NCBI GenBank assembly: GCA_030704615.1
Contig: CM060733.1
Location: 1,116,001 to 1,180,000, forward strand
Direction: 5' to 3'
DNA: 64,000 bases
DNA from: Takakia lepidozioides
Lineage: Eukaryota; Plantae; Bryophyta
The notes under the pieces are model-generated. The model was not told the DNA's origin. It did not search any database and saw only the letters and a program-made list of their open reading frames with translations. Made by a program: the position numbers and the translations under genes. This document shows, piece by piece, positions 1 through 12,200 of this stretch; position 1 is the stretch's first letter, and each line of letters opens with the position of its first letter.

Positions 1-2762
1 CAAGTGCTAACCCTCAGTAAGGATTTGGAGACCCACAAGGCAGCTACGTATACAATGGCTCCGGAGCTCGAGGACCATAAGGCAGAGGCTTCCTCTTTTT
101 TTTGCTAACATCGTCAAGGCCAGCACAGCACCAGCCGAGAAGAGTTCCCATACCTTGGAGGAAACAGTTTCAGCCACCTTGCTTGAGGAGCAGCAACAGG
201 CTTTCAAAGCCCTGAACATTCGGGTCACTGGTCACCTAGGTACCCTTGCAGAGGGATACCCTCATGACGTGGCCACCACCCTCATTCACCAAAACCCTGC
301 TCTACCATGGGGAGCCAGTGGCATTGAATGGGCTTGGCGTGCAGTAACTTCGGAGCACAAAATCCTGTTCATAAGATTCAAAGATAAAGGTGCCCGGGAT
401 AGGGTTCTTAGACAGAGGCCTCAATTGAGAGGACATGGTACAGGGGCAATATGCTGTTTATAGAGATGGGAGGGTCATCATTCGACAGCAAGAACGTCGC
501 CCCTCTAACACTAAATGGGGGTTGGGCCCCATGAGACCAACGCACGCTCACATCTGAACATCGGCTCGTGGAACTGCAATGGCTCATTGTGGAGCCATCC
601 GCAAGGGCTTCTTGATATCCTCTCAAAGCGTGATAGTCTTTTTCTCTTGGAAACACATGCGTATGAAGGAATTGACCCTCCTTCTATTCTCGGATATAGC
701 TTTCAGTCAGTGACTTGCCCACGTACAAGTCTCAAAGGCTCTGGTGGAGTGGCTTGTTACTTTGTTACTTTTCTGACTGGCTTCTACCATACATTTCCTT
801 CCCATACGAAGACCCACTAGCAAGGTACATTTGGTGTCACATCAAGCGCGACAACCCTCAACCAAACATTTTATTGGCGGGATGTTATTTTGCCCCGGTT
901 GCATCTACACACAATGGCCTTCACATGCGAATAGATTCGCTGTATGTTCCATTGGAAGAGGATATGTCCCGTCTTTGTACCCCACACAGAGACATATGGT
1001 TGGAGATTTCAACGCTCGTACAGGATCACTACAGGCCCCAACCTTCGACCCCACGGACCCTCTACACATCCAACTTTCACTTATGGCCTTGGAGAGGCAA
1101 AGTGCGGATGTCTCTAGTGAAATCACAAGTTATGATCACCATCTACTCAAATTTTGTGAGGTTCAAGGGCTTGTCATCTACAATGGCACTACCAACTACA
1201 AATCCTCCAGTCAGTTCACCTGCCACATGTACAAGGGACAGAGCGTGGTCAACTCTCTCTTGGGGAGCCCCAACACAACTGATACTGTTAGCTCTTTTTA
1301 CATTACAAGGTAATCACTCTTTCCTTTCCTTTGCATTTCCTTCGATCTCTTACCTCGTGAGGGACTCCTCCGCTTCTCTCCTTTCACAACCACGTATTCA
1401 CTTTAATACTCCCTTCAATCACTTACATGACGCCCAATATGAAACATGCTTAGCGTCAATCCTCCCCTCCATCATGAATCTACCATCTACTAAGGACAAG
1501 GCTTCCTATCTTACTCACGCTCTTTGGGACTCAGCCCTGCGATCCTTCTCATTTCTCCATATCTCTCCACTCATAGATATGCACCATTCTATGGTGAAGA
1601 ATGCAAAGTTGCTAGATGTCACATCAAATCTCTGCTCCTTGATATCCATTCTTCTCCAGATTCCAAAAACCTAGCTCTCAAGCACTATAAGTCCCTCATT
1701 AGATCCAAAAGAGAGCCTACACTCTCAAGCTACAATCTACTTTCCTTGCAAAAGTTAGGCTTTCTCCTCGTTCCTTTTGGTCCCTCTTTAAACCTCACAG
1801 AGACCCACCCCCAATCACTGACATCCACGTCTGGCATGGGGGGATGTAGGGTGGTGGCATGCCCGTCTGCCGGTTGTGAGAAGTGCCTCCCATGTTGATG
1901 ACGGCCTTGGTGGAGCCAATGTCAGCAAGGCTGTCAAGAAGTTACAAAATGGCAGGGCATTGGATATGTCGCTACAAAGTGAATTCATCAAGCACGCGGC
2001 AACAACTTTGGCCCCATTTATAGCACACCTCTTCAATGAAGCAGTGCAACATGGCTTTCCAACAAAGTGGACAAAGAGCATCATCCACCCCCTCTTCAAG
2101 AGCGGTGACTTTCAAAAGGCTTTTGATTCGGTTCCTCGAGACCTTCTTTTCCAACGGCTCCCATAGGGTGGGAGTACCTCAGGACATCCTATATGCCATC
2201 TCTTCCATGTATGAGATTGTCATTGGCATGCTCAACGTTGCGGGGGAATTCTCAGCAGAGGTTCATAGCAAGATTGGGGTCAAACAGGGCTGCCCCCTCT
2301 CACCTACCACTTTCGGGATCTACATTGATGCTTTGGATGCTTATGGTGGAAATCTCATCCAAACAGGATAGCAACAGACTCATAAGAAGGGAAGTTATGG
2401 AACTACATGTCAGGAGAACTTGGAAGCTACCCAATCTCACAACAAAGCTCCATTTCTATCGAGAACTGAAGAACACTTCTTCTTTTATTGCCCTCTATAT
2501 ATGAGATCTGTGGGAGATTCCACTGTCTATCTGTGGAACTCAATCTCTCACTGAAGTCTTCCACTATGAGGATAAAAAATGCTTGGCAGCTTACCTGCAT
2601 GAGGCCCTGACTCTTAGACATTCCCTTGAGCAGTAGTTGCTTTTGGGCTGTTTTTTGGCTCTGGTTTTGTTTCCTCTCTCATGTTTTTTCCATTTTGTCC
2701 CATAAGCTCTTTGAGCTTTCCACGGCCGTTATAAAGTACCATTTCATCTCATTTCATTTCGT
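1..2762 (+). mobile_element. Degenerate, internally deleted LINE (family A; APE endonuclease + RT, CR1/L2/RTEX-like), inside a dynein intron
   Basis: ORF1-like piece at 155-463 (ILFIRFKDKGARDRVLRQRPQLRG). APE motifs IGSWNCNG, LLETH, GSGGVA, GDFNARTG. RT motifs WTKSIIHPLFKSGD, FQKAFDSVPR, GVKQGCPLSP. Frameshifts and deletions throughout. Ends in the family-A 3' UTR and (CATTT)n tail at about 2700-2760. The 5' end lies outside the window. Confidence 0.85.
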
Positions 2763-3209
2763 TCATACTGTTTCCTCCTGAGGTAGCATGGATCTGCAGA
2801 GTAAGTTCTTCTGGCAGCGCCTGTGTTTTTGAGTACAGCTTGGCATCCCAGCTTCTTGGTTGGTTGCTAGCAGGTCTCACTGCCTTTGTCTTTGTCTATC
2901 TTCCCATGCCCTCAAGGATTTTGGATCTGTCCTGTTCACAAAATTACCTACTAGTGTACTGTGGCTTCAACCTCTTTGGTTACTTTAGCTCTTCTCTTCT
3001 TGGAAGGTCCATAGCCTGGCCACTTACATAAGTGGTTGCTAACCCTGGTTCCCCCAGTTGTTTGGGGGCTTCTTGGCATACCAAGGACGTGACTGAGGTT
3101 TTAAACTAATATTTTATCAAGACTGTTCTGGGTGCTTACCCCTTGCCAGGAAAAGAAAAAAGAGTAAGCAAATAAAAAACTTGAAGAGTTGCTAAGACTT
3201 TAGTAGTAC

Positions 3210-6200
3210 CTGATTCGAAGGTCTCCATCATCAAAACCATATGGGATGTTCCAACCCAATGGCCCAAACGTTCGCCGCTCTTGAACAACTGCATGGAAAT
3301 AGGCTAGGCCAAACAGTAGGCTCTTGAAGATTTGAGGCTTATTACAGCTCTCAAAAAACTGCTCATTTGCAATGGGATCCAGCAAATAAGACCTCCTTAT
3401 GTTTGCTCGCAGACCTTTCGGTGGCTCATTCGTCATCTTAACTCCATTCTGGAACAGTCCACAATCTGTGAATAGAATTTGATCTATACACTTGTACATA
3501 GAGTCGTCCAAGGGGCAAAAAGGGCAGATATTTGTGATGGCATTTACATGCCTAATAGGAGCCTTTCACCTCCCCATTGCCCCAAACAGAAAATGAGAGA
3601 AATGAAATGAAATGAAATGAAATGGAGAAAGGGAGAGAGAAAGGGAGAGAGAGCGTGATTATTTCCTAAACCAAAGTTATAAAGAGTGAAAATATCGCCT
3701 TTTGACCAACTCATGGCTCTCCTTAGTTGTTAAGGAAATTAGATTGGATTGTGTCAATGCGATAACTAACACTCCATGTATAACATCTTAAGAAATTGAG
3801 CAGTGCAATCTGCTTGCTGTTTGATTAGTCCAGAGGTTTATTTGTGTCACCTGTAAGATTGTGATAGGGAATTTGGGGCTAGGGTAGGAGGTCATCCACA
3901 GACGGTAATCCTGGTTCACAGTGTCAAGACTGACGCTCTCGCAAATCCTCTCAAGTTCGTTCATCCAGGATGGTGCCAGATGACAATTCTGAAGCACCAC
4001 CCATGCACCTGTCACATGAAAGGGGACAGTTGAAGGTGACTGAAAGACACTGTAAAAAACGCTTCAAACTTTTTTAGTGTATTTTGCGTGGCCTTATAGG
4101 GCGTAACCCTAACCCGTAAGCAGGCCCAGTGCGTTGCAGTGGGGAACGCCCGTGCCAGGCTGGCGAGGAGCTTACGGGATCGCGAGTTCAAATTTGAATG
4201 TTTTTTACGCTCGGTAAAGAACTGGAGCGCGGGCATGGCATTCACCAGTTTTTGGCCCTTCTCGTCTCTATAATGGCCTTAAACTGGTGAACGCCCTTGC
4301 TCCAGTTCTTTACCCTACACTTAAAGTTTCTCTTCTCAGCTGGTATGCTTTGTGGTCCAAGTGCAGGGGGTTCCATCATAGTACACTGTCACCAGTATTC
4401 AACTTGAACTCACAGAGCTGGGATAGTATTGTTGGTAACTTACAGTCACTATTAATGTACACATGCGACAAATGTAACTTCCAGTTTGGGACCGGGTTGA
4501 GTCAAGGTCAATCTCACAAATAACGAGGCATTCAAATGTACCTGACACCTGGGCATCATTTATCATTATGGTTGCTTTTGGACCTTGTCCTTGACCGAGG
4601 GAGATGGGCTGAAACTTGTCCGACATTTCTTTGTCCGCTGCAAAACAATTTGTACATTGTCTTTAAGACCATAATTTGCTAATAATGGTTGAGCAATAAT
4701 GAGAAATCAGAAAGAGCAGATAACTAGAAGAAACCACATGTTCAAAGGGGCCATCTATGAATGCCAACATGCTTCGAGTGATCTTCAGAGTTTTCTGATG
4801 TGGAAGATTGCTGGGAAAAAGTGTGGAGATGACAAAAGAGAAGTTAATAACATTCAAGCTTACCTGCATATTTCAACAAGGCGGCGGTAGGATCACTACC
4901 CGGTGATAAAACAAAGATGAGGGGACACGCAGCGCTAGAATCCTTGTAGCAGGCCTCCAAGTTGAACTGTGGTGGTAGAACAAACTTCGTCCCCAGTTTC
5001 TCAATAACAAAATCTTGGATGGCGGGGATAACTTTATCTGGCCTCAAGCATCGCAATACCAACAGCTTTTGGAATGCACTCAACCTTGTGGAAAATGGAC
5101 CTGGCAGGGTCATCTTGTGGGGTTCCATCGCATCAAAGACGTTTTTCCAGCTTGCAACATTCCCTATCAGATGCTGATTCAGTCCATTAAATATGCTAAT
5201 CCGGGATAATCGGTCAATCTCTCCCCATGATTTGTCAGTCAGCCATGCAGGTGCAGGGTTGGGGGGAGCTTGTCCTGTAGCCATCCCTCCAGTGAGGAAA
5301 AACATCCATTCCGGCAAGACAACCTCTCCCTTCATTTCCAACAGTCTGGTTGTCAGCAAGAGGGAAAACAGGAGCTTGTCCTTCTCAAACAGGGAACGGC
5401 ACACATTGCAATAGAGAGCAAACAAGAAGTGGTCCTGGATTATGCCCAGTCGCTTCATCAAGTCCAAATCTTTCACGCTTGTTTGAATCGAAGCTATGAA
5501 AAGAGCAACAAACCAGGGCAGACTGTACTGATACATAGGATCTATATTGGCGAGGTCGGTGATACAAAAGAATAAGACTGCTGTGTAGTCTCCACATGAT
5601 TGGTAACCCTTACGGGCTTGATCAATGCTCTTTTCTGTCACCTCTGCTTGTGCCTGCAAAGAAACCATTGTTTCCAAATTATGTCAGAGAAAATTCTCAA
5701 GAAAGGAAAAGAAAAGGAAAAGGTGGGGTCCTGCCAAAGCAAGCATAATCTTAGTGTCTCTTCACCATTGGGCAATTGCCTTCCCTTTGGAGGCAGGACA
5801 CCTTCGAACGGCTGAAACAAACCTTTCCCGAAGCCTCTAGGTTCCTCCACATTAGGTGACCGGTTGACCCATTGACCCCTTTTTAGAGCCTTTGTTATAA
5901 TTACAACATACATCTATGTGGCTTTGACCCATGACCACTTGCCTTGTGGCCTAACCACTGAGCCATCTATTAGATGCTAGAAAATTCTAAATGGCACTCA
6001 AGAGCTCTCCACATGTTGGACTGCAACATTGATTTGACAACTCCTCCATCACGATTTGTAGTGTCCATTTGCCAACCCGAGCTTGACTTATGGAGTTTTT
6101 GAGATAGGAGATACTAACCCCTGTTCAACCATATGTTTATGTTGAAATAGTGCATCACATGAGATAAAAACAGCTACTGATTTCCGAGATGCAACTTACC

Positions 6201-9200
6201 TTGATAGTTACAAGACAAGAAAGTAATAGAAGCATTCTACCAGAACCGCAATCATAAAGACAGTCTTCAATTGCAGATGTTTGCATCTTCTCTTTTACCT
6301 TTCACAAAAGAAGGTCATATCACAAGGACTTCATGAAAGTATTGACCACAAAGAGGTACAAACTAATGTACCTGCTTCACACCAATATCATTACCGACAA
6401 CTTTAGCTTCAGATATTATTTTGATGGCGGTCTCGTCTTCTAGAATGTTGCCCTCACTACTGGAAAGTACCTCCAGAATCTGGTCCTCTAGCTCTTTCAA
6501 CCTCCGCTTGTTCTCTGCACCCTGAAGTAATTAAAACCCATAACTCATTTTAGTACCTCACCACTCTAGGTGAATGACCTGTAAAGCTGTAAGATATGAT
6601 GAAGCAGACACATTCATCCAAGGGGAAGTAAAAAAGAACAAAACGTCCTTTCTCCAATCCCGAGGGCCCATAGTGTGTAAAACAACAAGAGAAGAAAAAA
6701 TCAAGAGAAATGAAAAGAAATGAAATGGTACTTTATAACGTCTGCAGGAAGCTCAAAGAGCTTATGGGACAAGAGGAAGAAAGAAACCACAAACAGCCCA
6801 AAAGCAACTAAAGCTCAAGGGAAAGAGAGAATATTTTGAAAAGGGGGGTGCAGACTGCAGACCCTCTGACCTTAAATATAAACCAAGCTGGGATTCAGGT
6901 TTAGTTTGTCATCCTAGTTCATTTGCAATACATTACTGGCTAAATATTTTCAGTCTGGGTTCCCAGCTAATTTTAGTGTGAGACATGAATATATTTATGT
7001 CTGTGATCACAGAGTGAAGAGGTCGCTCAGCTCCCCTTGCCATTTCTCAAGGAGTACATTTTCTGGATGCTAAAATTTGTGCCAGAATGAGACAAAGTTA
7101 GTCATTACCACCTACTGTTTGAGTTAACTCTGGTATGATATTTCCCAGTACAATCTCTTTGGGGCCTTACAAGATTGTTGAATTCATCCGAACCAAAGTT
7201 CCTCGTCTGCTTGAGTGTTTAGGCAGACATTGTAAATTTTATGTCTTTTTGGCGATGAGTATCTTTCATGGGATATACCACAAAATTGGCAAGTCAAATA
7301 GAGAGAAATATGGAAGATGGTGGTAAAAATACACCTGAAGTACAAGCTCATTTTTTTGCAGTTCAAGATCAGGTCGTTCTTGGGCAACCACAACTCCCAG
7401 AAGCTGATCCGACAACCCATCTTTGGTGATCATGAAATTGAGCAGTGTCACTTTGACGGAGGTTTCTGGAAGGTAGTGAGGATTCCTGAGTTTTGTCGTA
7501 ATATAGAAACGGAAGTCGTGGTTGTACTCAATTGTGGTGTCCCCCAATCTTATACACATCATACCTGCTGACTTGAAGATCTGCAGACAAGACATTCAAG
7601 GGGGCATCATAATCAGTTCTCAACATCTTGGGTGCAGGAAGTATTGATGCTCTATGTGTCCAATCTCTCGTGATCTTGCAGGTACTTCCCTATTCGGAGC
7701 CTCAATCTCCTATCGTATGCTTGCTTGGGCTCTGAGGCCTCACATGGACATTATAGAGTCTCCTTCTTTCATTCCATTTCCTTTCTTCTGTTTTCTGAAG
7801 TGATGTCTTGTTTTTCTTTGTTCCATGGGCACTTGGGGCCCCTGTGTACATTACAGTGTCTCTTTTACTTACGTATTCTCTCTCACTTCTTTTATTGCCC
7901 TCTGTATTGTGAGATCCGTGGGAGATTCCACTGTCTATTCCGTGGAACTCAATCTCTTACTGAGGTCTTCCACAATGAGGGTAAAAAATGCTTGGCAGCT
8001 TACCCGCACGAGGCCCTGACCCTTAGACAATCCCTTGGGCAGTAGTTGCTTTTCGGCTGTTTTTTGGCTCCGTTTTGTTTCCTCTCTCATGTTTTTCCAT
8101 TTTGTCCCATAAGCTCTTTGAGCTTTCCGTGGACGTTATAAAGTACCATTTCATTTCATTCCTCTTTACTTACTTTTTCTTCTTTTTCTTCGTTATAGAG
8201 TACCATTCTCTTTCCTTAGAGATTCTCCATCCCTGCCAGGTGGCTAAAACGACCCAAAGTACCTAGCAGCTAACCTGCTTGAGCCATCCTGCCATCTTGT
8301 GCAACATTTGAGCTTTTGAGTGATTTCCTTACTAAAAAGGGGCTACCTGCTTCAAGAGCACAGGTTCGAGTGAAGGGTCCAACTCCTCTCCAACATTCTC
8401 CAAAAGCACAGGCAGACCAAACTGGATGGCATTTTCCAGTGTTCGAACGTAGTCACTTCCTCCAAGCTTTATGATCTGCAGATTTCGTTCACGCTCCATG
8501 TTCCGTATCCATTTATTTGCTTGCCCCTATCATTCTCAACAACCAGATCAATTGACCATTGACATTTAGTAAGTTTTAAGGTAAAGCTGTTTTTTTCATC
8601 TGGTATATCAGATGGTAGCAAACAAACTATTCTGAGAGGCAGAAAAACACCGCGAAACTTGAAGTAGTCCACGAATTGAATACTAGCACAGGGACAACCC
8701 CCTCCTTGTAACCAAGCCACTTCAGGCGAACCCTCAAGGCCGCTCCAGTACCGAGATTACAGAATAAGCTTTTGACTGGATAATGTGGCCCTTGAACCAA
8801 CCTGGGGATCGATCATGAGCGGCCACCGGCGGGCATTGGCCACAATAATTGAGTTATCAATGGAGACGGGGTCATTAGGAAGCCCTGCAATCATCCACTC
8901 TCGGATTTTCACTGGATTCCCCAGCTTTCCTTGCAATGAAAATGTTGGAGATCGTGGGATGTTTTCATCCTTCACAAGCTTCAACCAAGAGTCCAAGATC
9001 TGCTGCCTATAACTGCATCAGAGTAGATTTACATCAGAATTTGTTTCGATGGATGATAGCCTCTCAATTTCTTACATTGAACAAGCCCCTTCTCCCCTGC
9101 CTTGCTCCTACAAAATGAAGCAATTTTTACATGATTATGTGCTCGGGTAGGGATGTTGTGGGCATTTCTATCCAGAGAAGTATTGTGGAATGTCAACAAT

Positions 9201-12200
9201 CACAAACATCACCACAACCCAAAGGAATTGCTTTTTCTCATTATGTGAGCATTTCACAACTCACAGAAAAGTCTTTGTGCTGTTCAAGTTTTGGCGTGAT
9301 TCGATAATTGGCACACAGAAACTTGGACTCTATAAAACAGTCTCCGGAATATGGTCCGCACCATCACCCAACTAACTCAGAAAGATAAGCAGATGTAAAG
9401 TACCTGGCTGTGAAGGAACCAAGATATGCAATAATGCCTGCAGACAGCAGGCTGTCACCAGTCAAGGCTGGGTACTGGTTGCCCAGTTCCTTGGCTGCAG
9501 AAACCCAACGGATTCGCTCTCCTCCAAGTCCGCCTATCAGTTGCTCAGCTCGCTCAATCTTCACTGTGCACATTTTCACTTCATGCTGCCAAAGACAGTT
9601 TTTTGTAAATATTTTGTTGTTGTGGTCTGTTAGTGTGTGTGCCCCCGGTCCAATTTAAGGTCACGATGGCCACTCTTCTCTACGATATTCTCTCTACAAA
9701 GTTGGGCATCCTTGAGACGTTAGTGGTGTACAAAGAGCATGCGAGCATTCCAAATGAAACTTATAAGAAATGCCCTTATCTTGTGCAAGAAGTCAACTGG
9801 GAATCCTGCCCATTACTCCACACCCCCAAAGAAAGCAGGAAAAATCTCCTCATACCTGCAGGTTTTCCTTCTTCAACATGTTGTAATCAAGGTCATTCTC
9901 CAACTCTTCAAGCTTAGCAAGAATACCCTTCAGGTCTGCTTGCTTCGCTCTAAGACCAACCATGACATCCTCATATTGCCCTTCAGCTGCCATTAGCTTA
10001 GCCTTTTTGGGAGCCACTACTTTGGCAACCGTATCATACTTATCCATAGCTATGATCCACTTGCAAAGCCCTTCTGCAGCTGCTGATGCATTTGCTGCCT
10101 TGGCAGGCGTGAATTCTGGATTGGTTATGTAGACCTTCCGGATTTTATCAATCACTGGGGGTTTGATGTTGTCTTTGTCATAGTCCTACAAACAATGAAG
10201 ATGTCACCAGTTACTTTGGATGCACATCCCTCAATATGAGGCTGCATGATTACGCATGCTCATAGAACCTTACCAAGACAATAAGAAATGTTACAACAAG
10301 ATTTCATTTTACTTACAAAACTTGAATGTTCACAGGACAAAAATTTGCTGCATGAACTTCCACTACACGTGTTAAAGATTTTTCTAGGGTAGTCATCTTG
10401 TCTCCAGAGGATCCAAATCCCAGTGCTTGACTACAGAGGTTTCCTTGTGCAACTGGGGGAATTGAGTACAAGTCACACAAATCTTGATTGACACTCCATG
10501 AAAGAATGAAACATGATTACACATTTACAATCATGAACTTCACTAGAAAATCTTTCTTGGAGGGTGGTGACACATATATCAATCTGACTTCACTAAGTCA
10601 ACAACCTTTTCAGACCTCTGGTTGGCTAGTTAACATCAACCAAATGGACATCACAATTAACAGCCCTAAAATATTTTCTCCTAAACAAAGCCCCTTGCAT
10701 CTACGCTGGCGGACATAGAGGATACAGATATAGGAACAGATTTCGTAACTCCACTTAGATTCACAAGCCCCAAAGTGAGGTACCTTTAGTGTCTGTAGGA
10801 AATTCTTGTCATTGAGCAGCACGACTGATGGCTTCCAATAGTCCAACAGTTGACCACCCTTTCCATCCGGCACCTTGGCTGGTTTTGCCTCTAAGATCAC
10901 ACAAACTGCTTCTAAAACAAGTTTAATCAGATATGGTGGATTGGCCAGTTTCTTCACATAGTTGATATCATTGGCAGAGAGAGTGTCCAGGGCAGCAAGA
11001 GCTTCTTCAAGCACCGGCAGTGCCACAGCCAAGGCAGCTTCGCACTCATCTTTGATGACCTTGGCCGCTGCTGCTGCTTTGTTTGCCTCAGCTTCATCTT
11101 TCATCACAATTGCTTTCTTGGGTTCGACTTTCTCAATTTTCTCTTTTTCCACTACAGCCATCATTTTCTCCACCTCCTCAACCTACACACACCAAGCTTA
11201 GGTAATTCTGTGTTATTTGTCGTTAAAAAATCTGATACTCAGATATCAAAGGTAATGCAAGAGAGTATGACAGCCAAACAAACAAGGATATGGAAAGGAC
11301 CAGAGAGGCTATGACATGATCCTCTATTGAAGCATTGAAATCATTGTATCATTAACCAACAGAAAAACTCTGTTTAACTGATGATAAGTTGTCATAACTC
11401 TTGTTCTGCCTTTGTCCACATAGTTGTGCCAAAAAGATTTATTTTTCTCATTTGTTGAAACATCAGTTGAACTCACACCATATGAAATTACCCCAACTGC
11501 CTACTGGCAGCCTCTTTGTCCTGTCACAGTCTTACACTAGACTCTTAATCAATATCTGAGCAAGATGGTTCCACCCAACCTTGAATCCTCTGCTTGCTCT
11601 CTTCCTCTGGACGTTATAAAGTACCATTTCATTTCTCTTCCTAAGTACTTCCTGAGGACTCCCCTGTTGCTTGAGAATATCCTTGGTATTCCTCGCTTAA
11701 TTTCCAAAGGTTGGCCTTTGCCATTCTACCAGTTCACCTTCCTTAAATGCTTAGTTATTAGTCTCGTCAGCTTCCTTCCTACACTATTGCGAGCCTTGCG
11801 ATATCCCTAACCAAGTCTTGCTAAACTCTCTTCCCCTTGAAGAGTCATTGTACAATGACCAAATCCGGTACTGCTGCTTAATGTTTGCTCAGACTCCCAA
11901 GTAGCGTCAGTAAGTGGAAGTCCATGCCATGCAACCAAACACTCCTTGATACCCATCGCACAACCTACGCTCTCTAGATCCAAAACTCGCCAAGGTCCAT
12001 GCTGGTCAATGTCAGTCTTAAGTAGAAGTGTGGTGCTCTCAACTAAGTTATCTGTGTCATGAAGCGGCTCTTAGTTACGCTGGCTTCGGCCGGAGACTTC
12101 TCTCTCTCCACATCATGCAAGTATCTCTTGAGCTTGATGACATGAAAACTGGATGTGCTGTGCAAGAATCTGGTAGCTTTAGTTTTTATGCCACATCATT

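Noticed and set aside
4099-4178. HDV-like ribozyme
   Set aside because: The helix order is similar, but there is no P1.1 GG, no canonical L3 and no catalytic C in the J4/2-equivalent strand.
4052-4314. Telomerase RNA (taaccctaaccc template, pseudoknot, long 3' stem)
   Set aside because: No USE/TATA upstream, internal T6 runs would stop Pol III, and the putative template overlaps the helices. Kept only as an unexplained structured insert.
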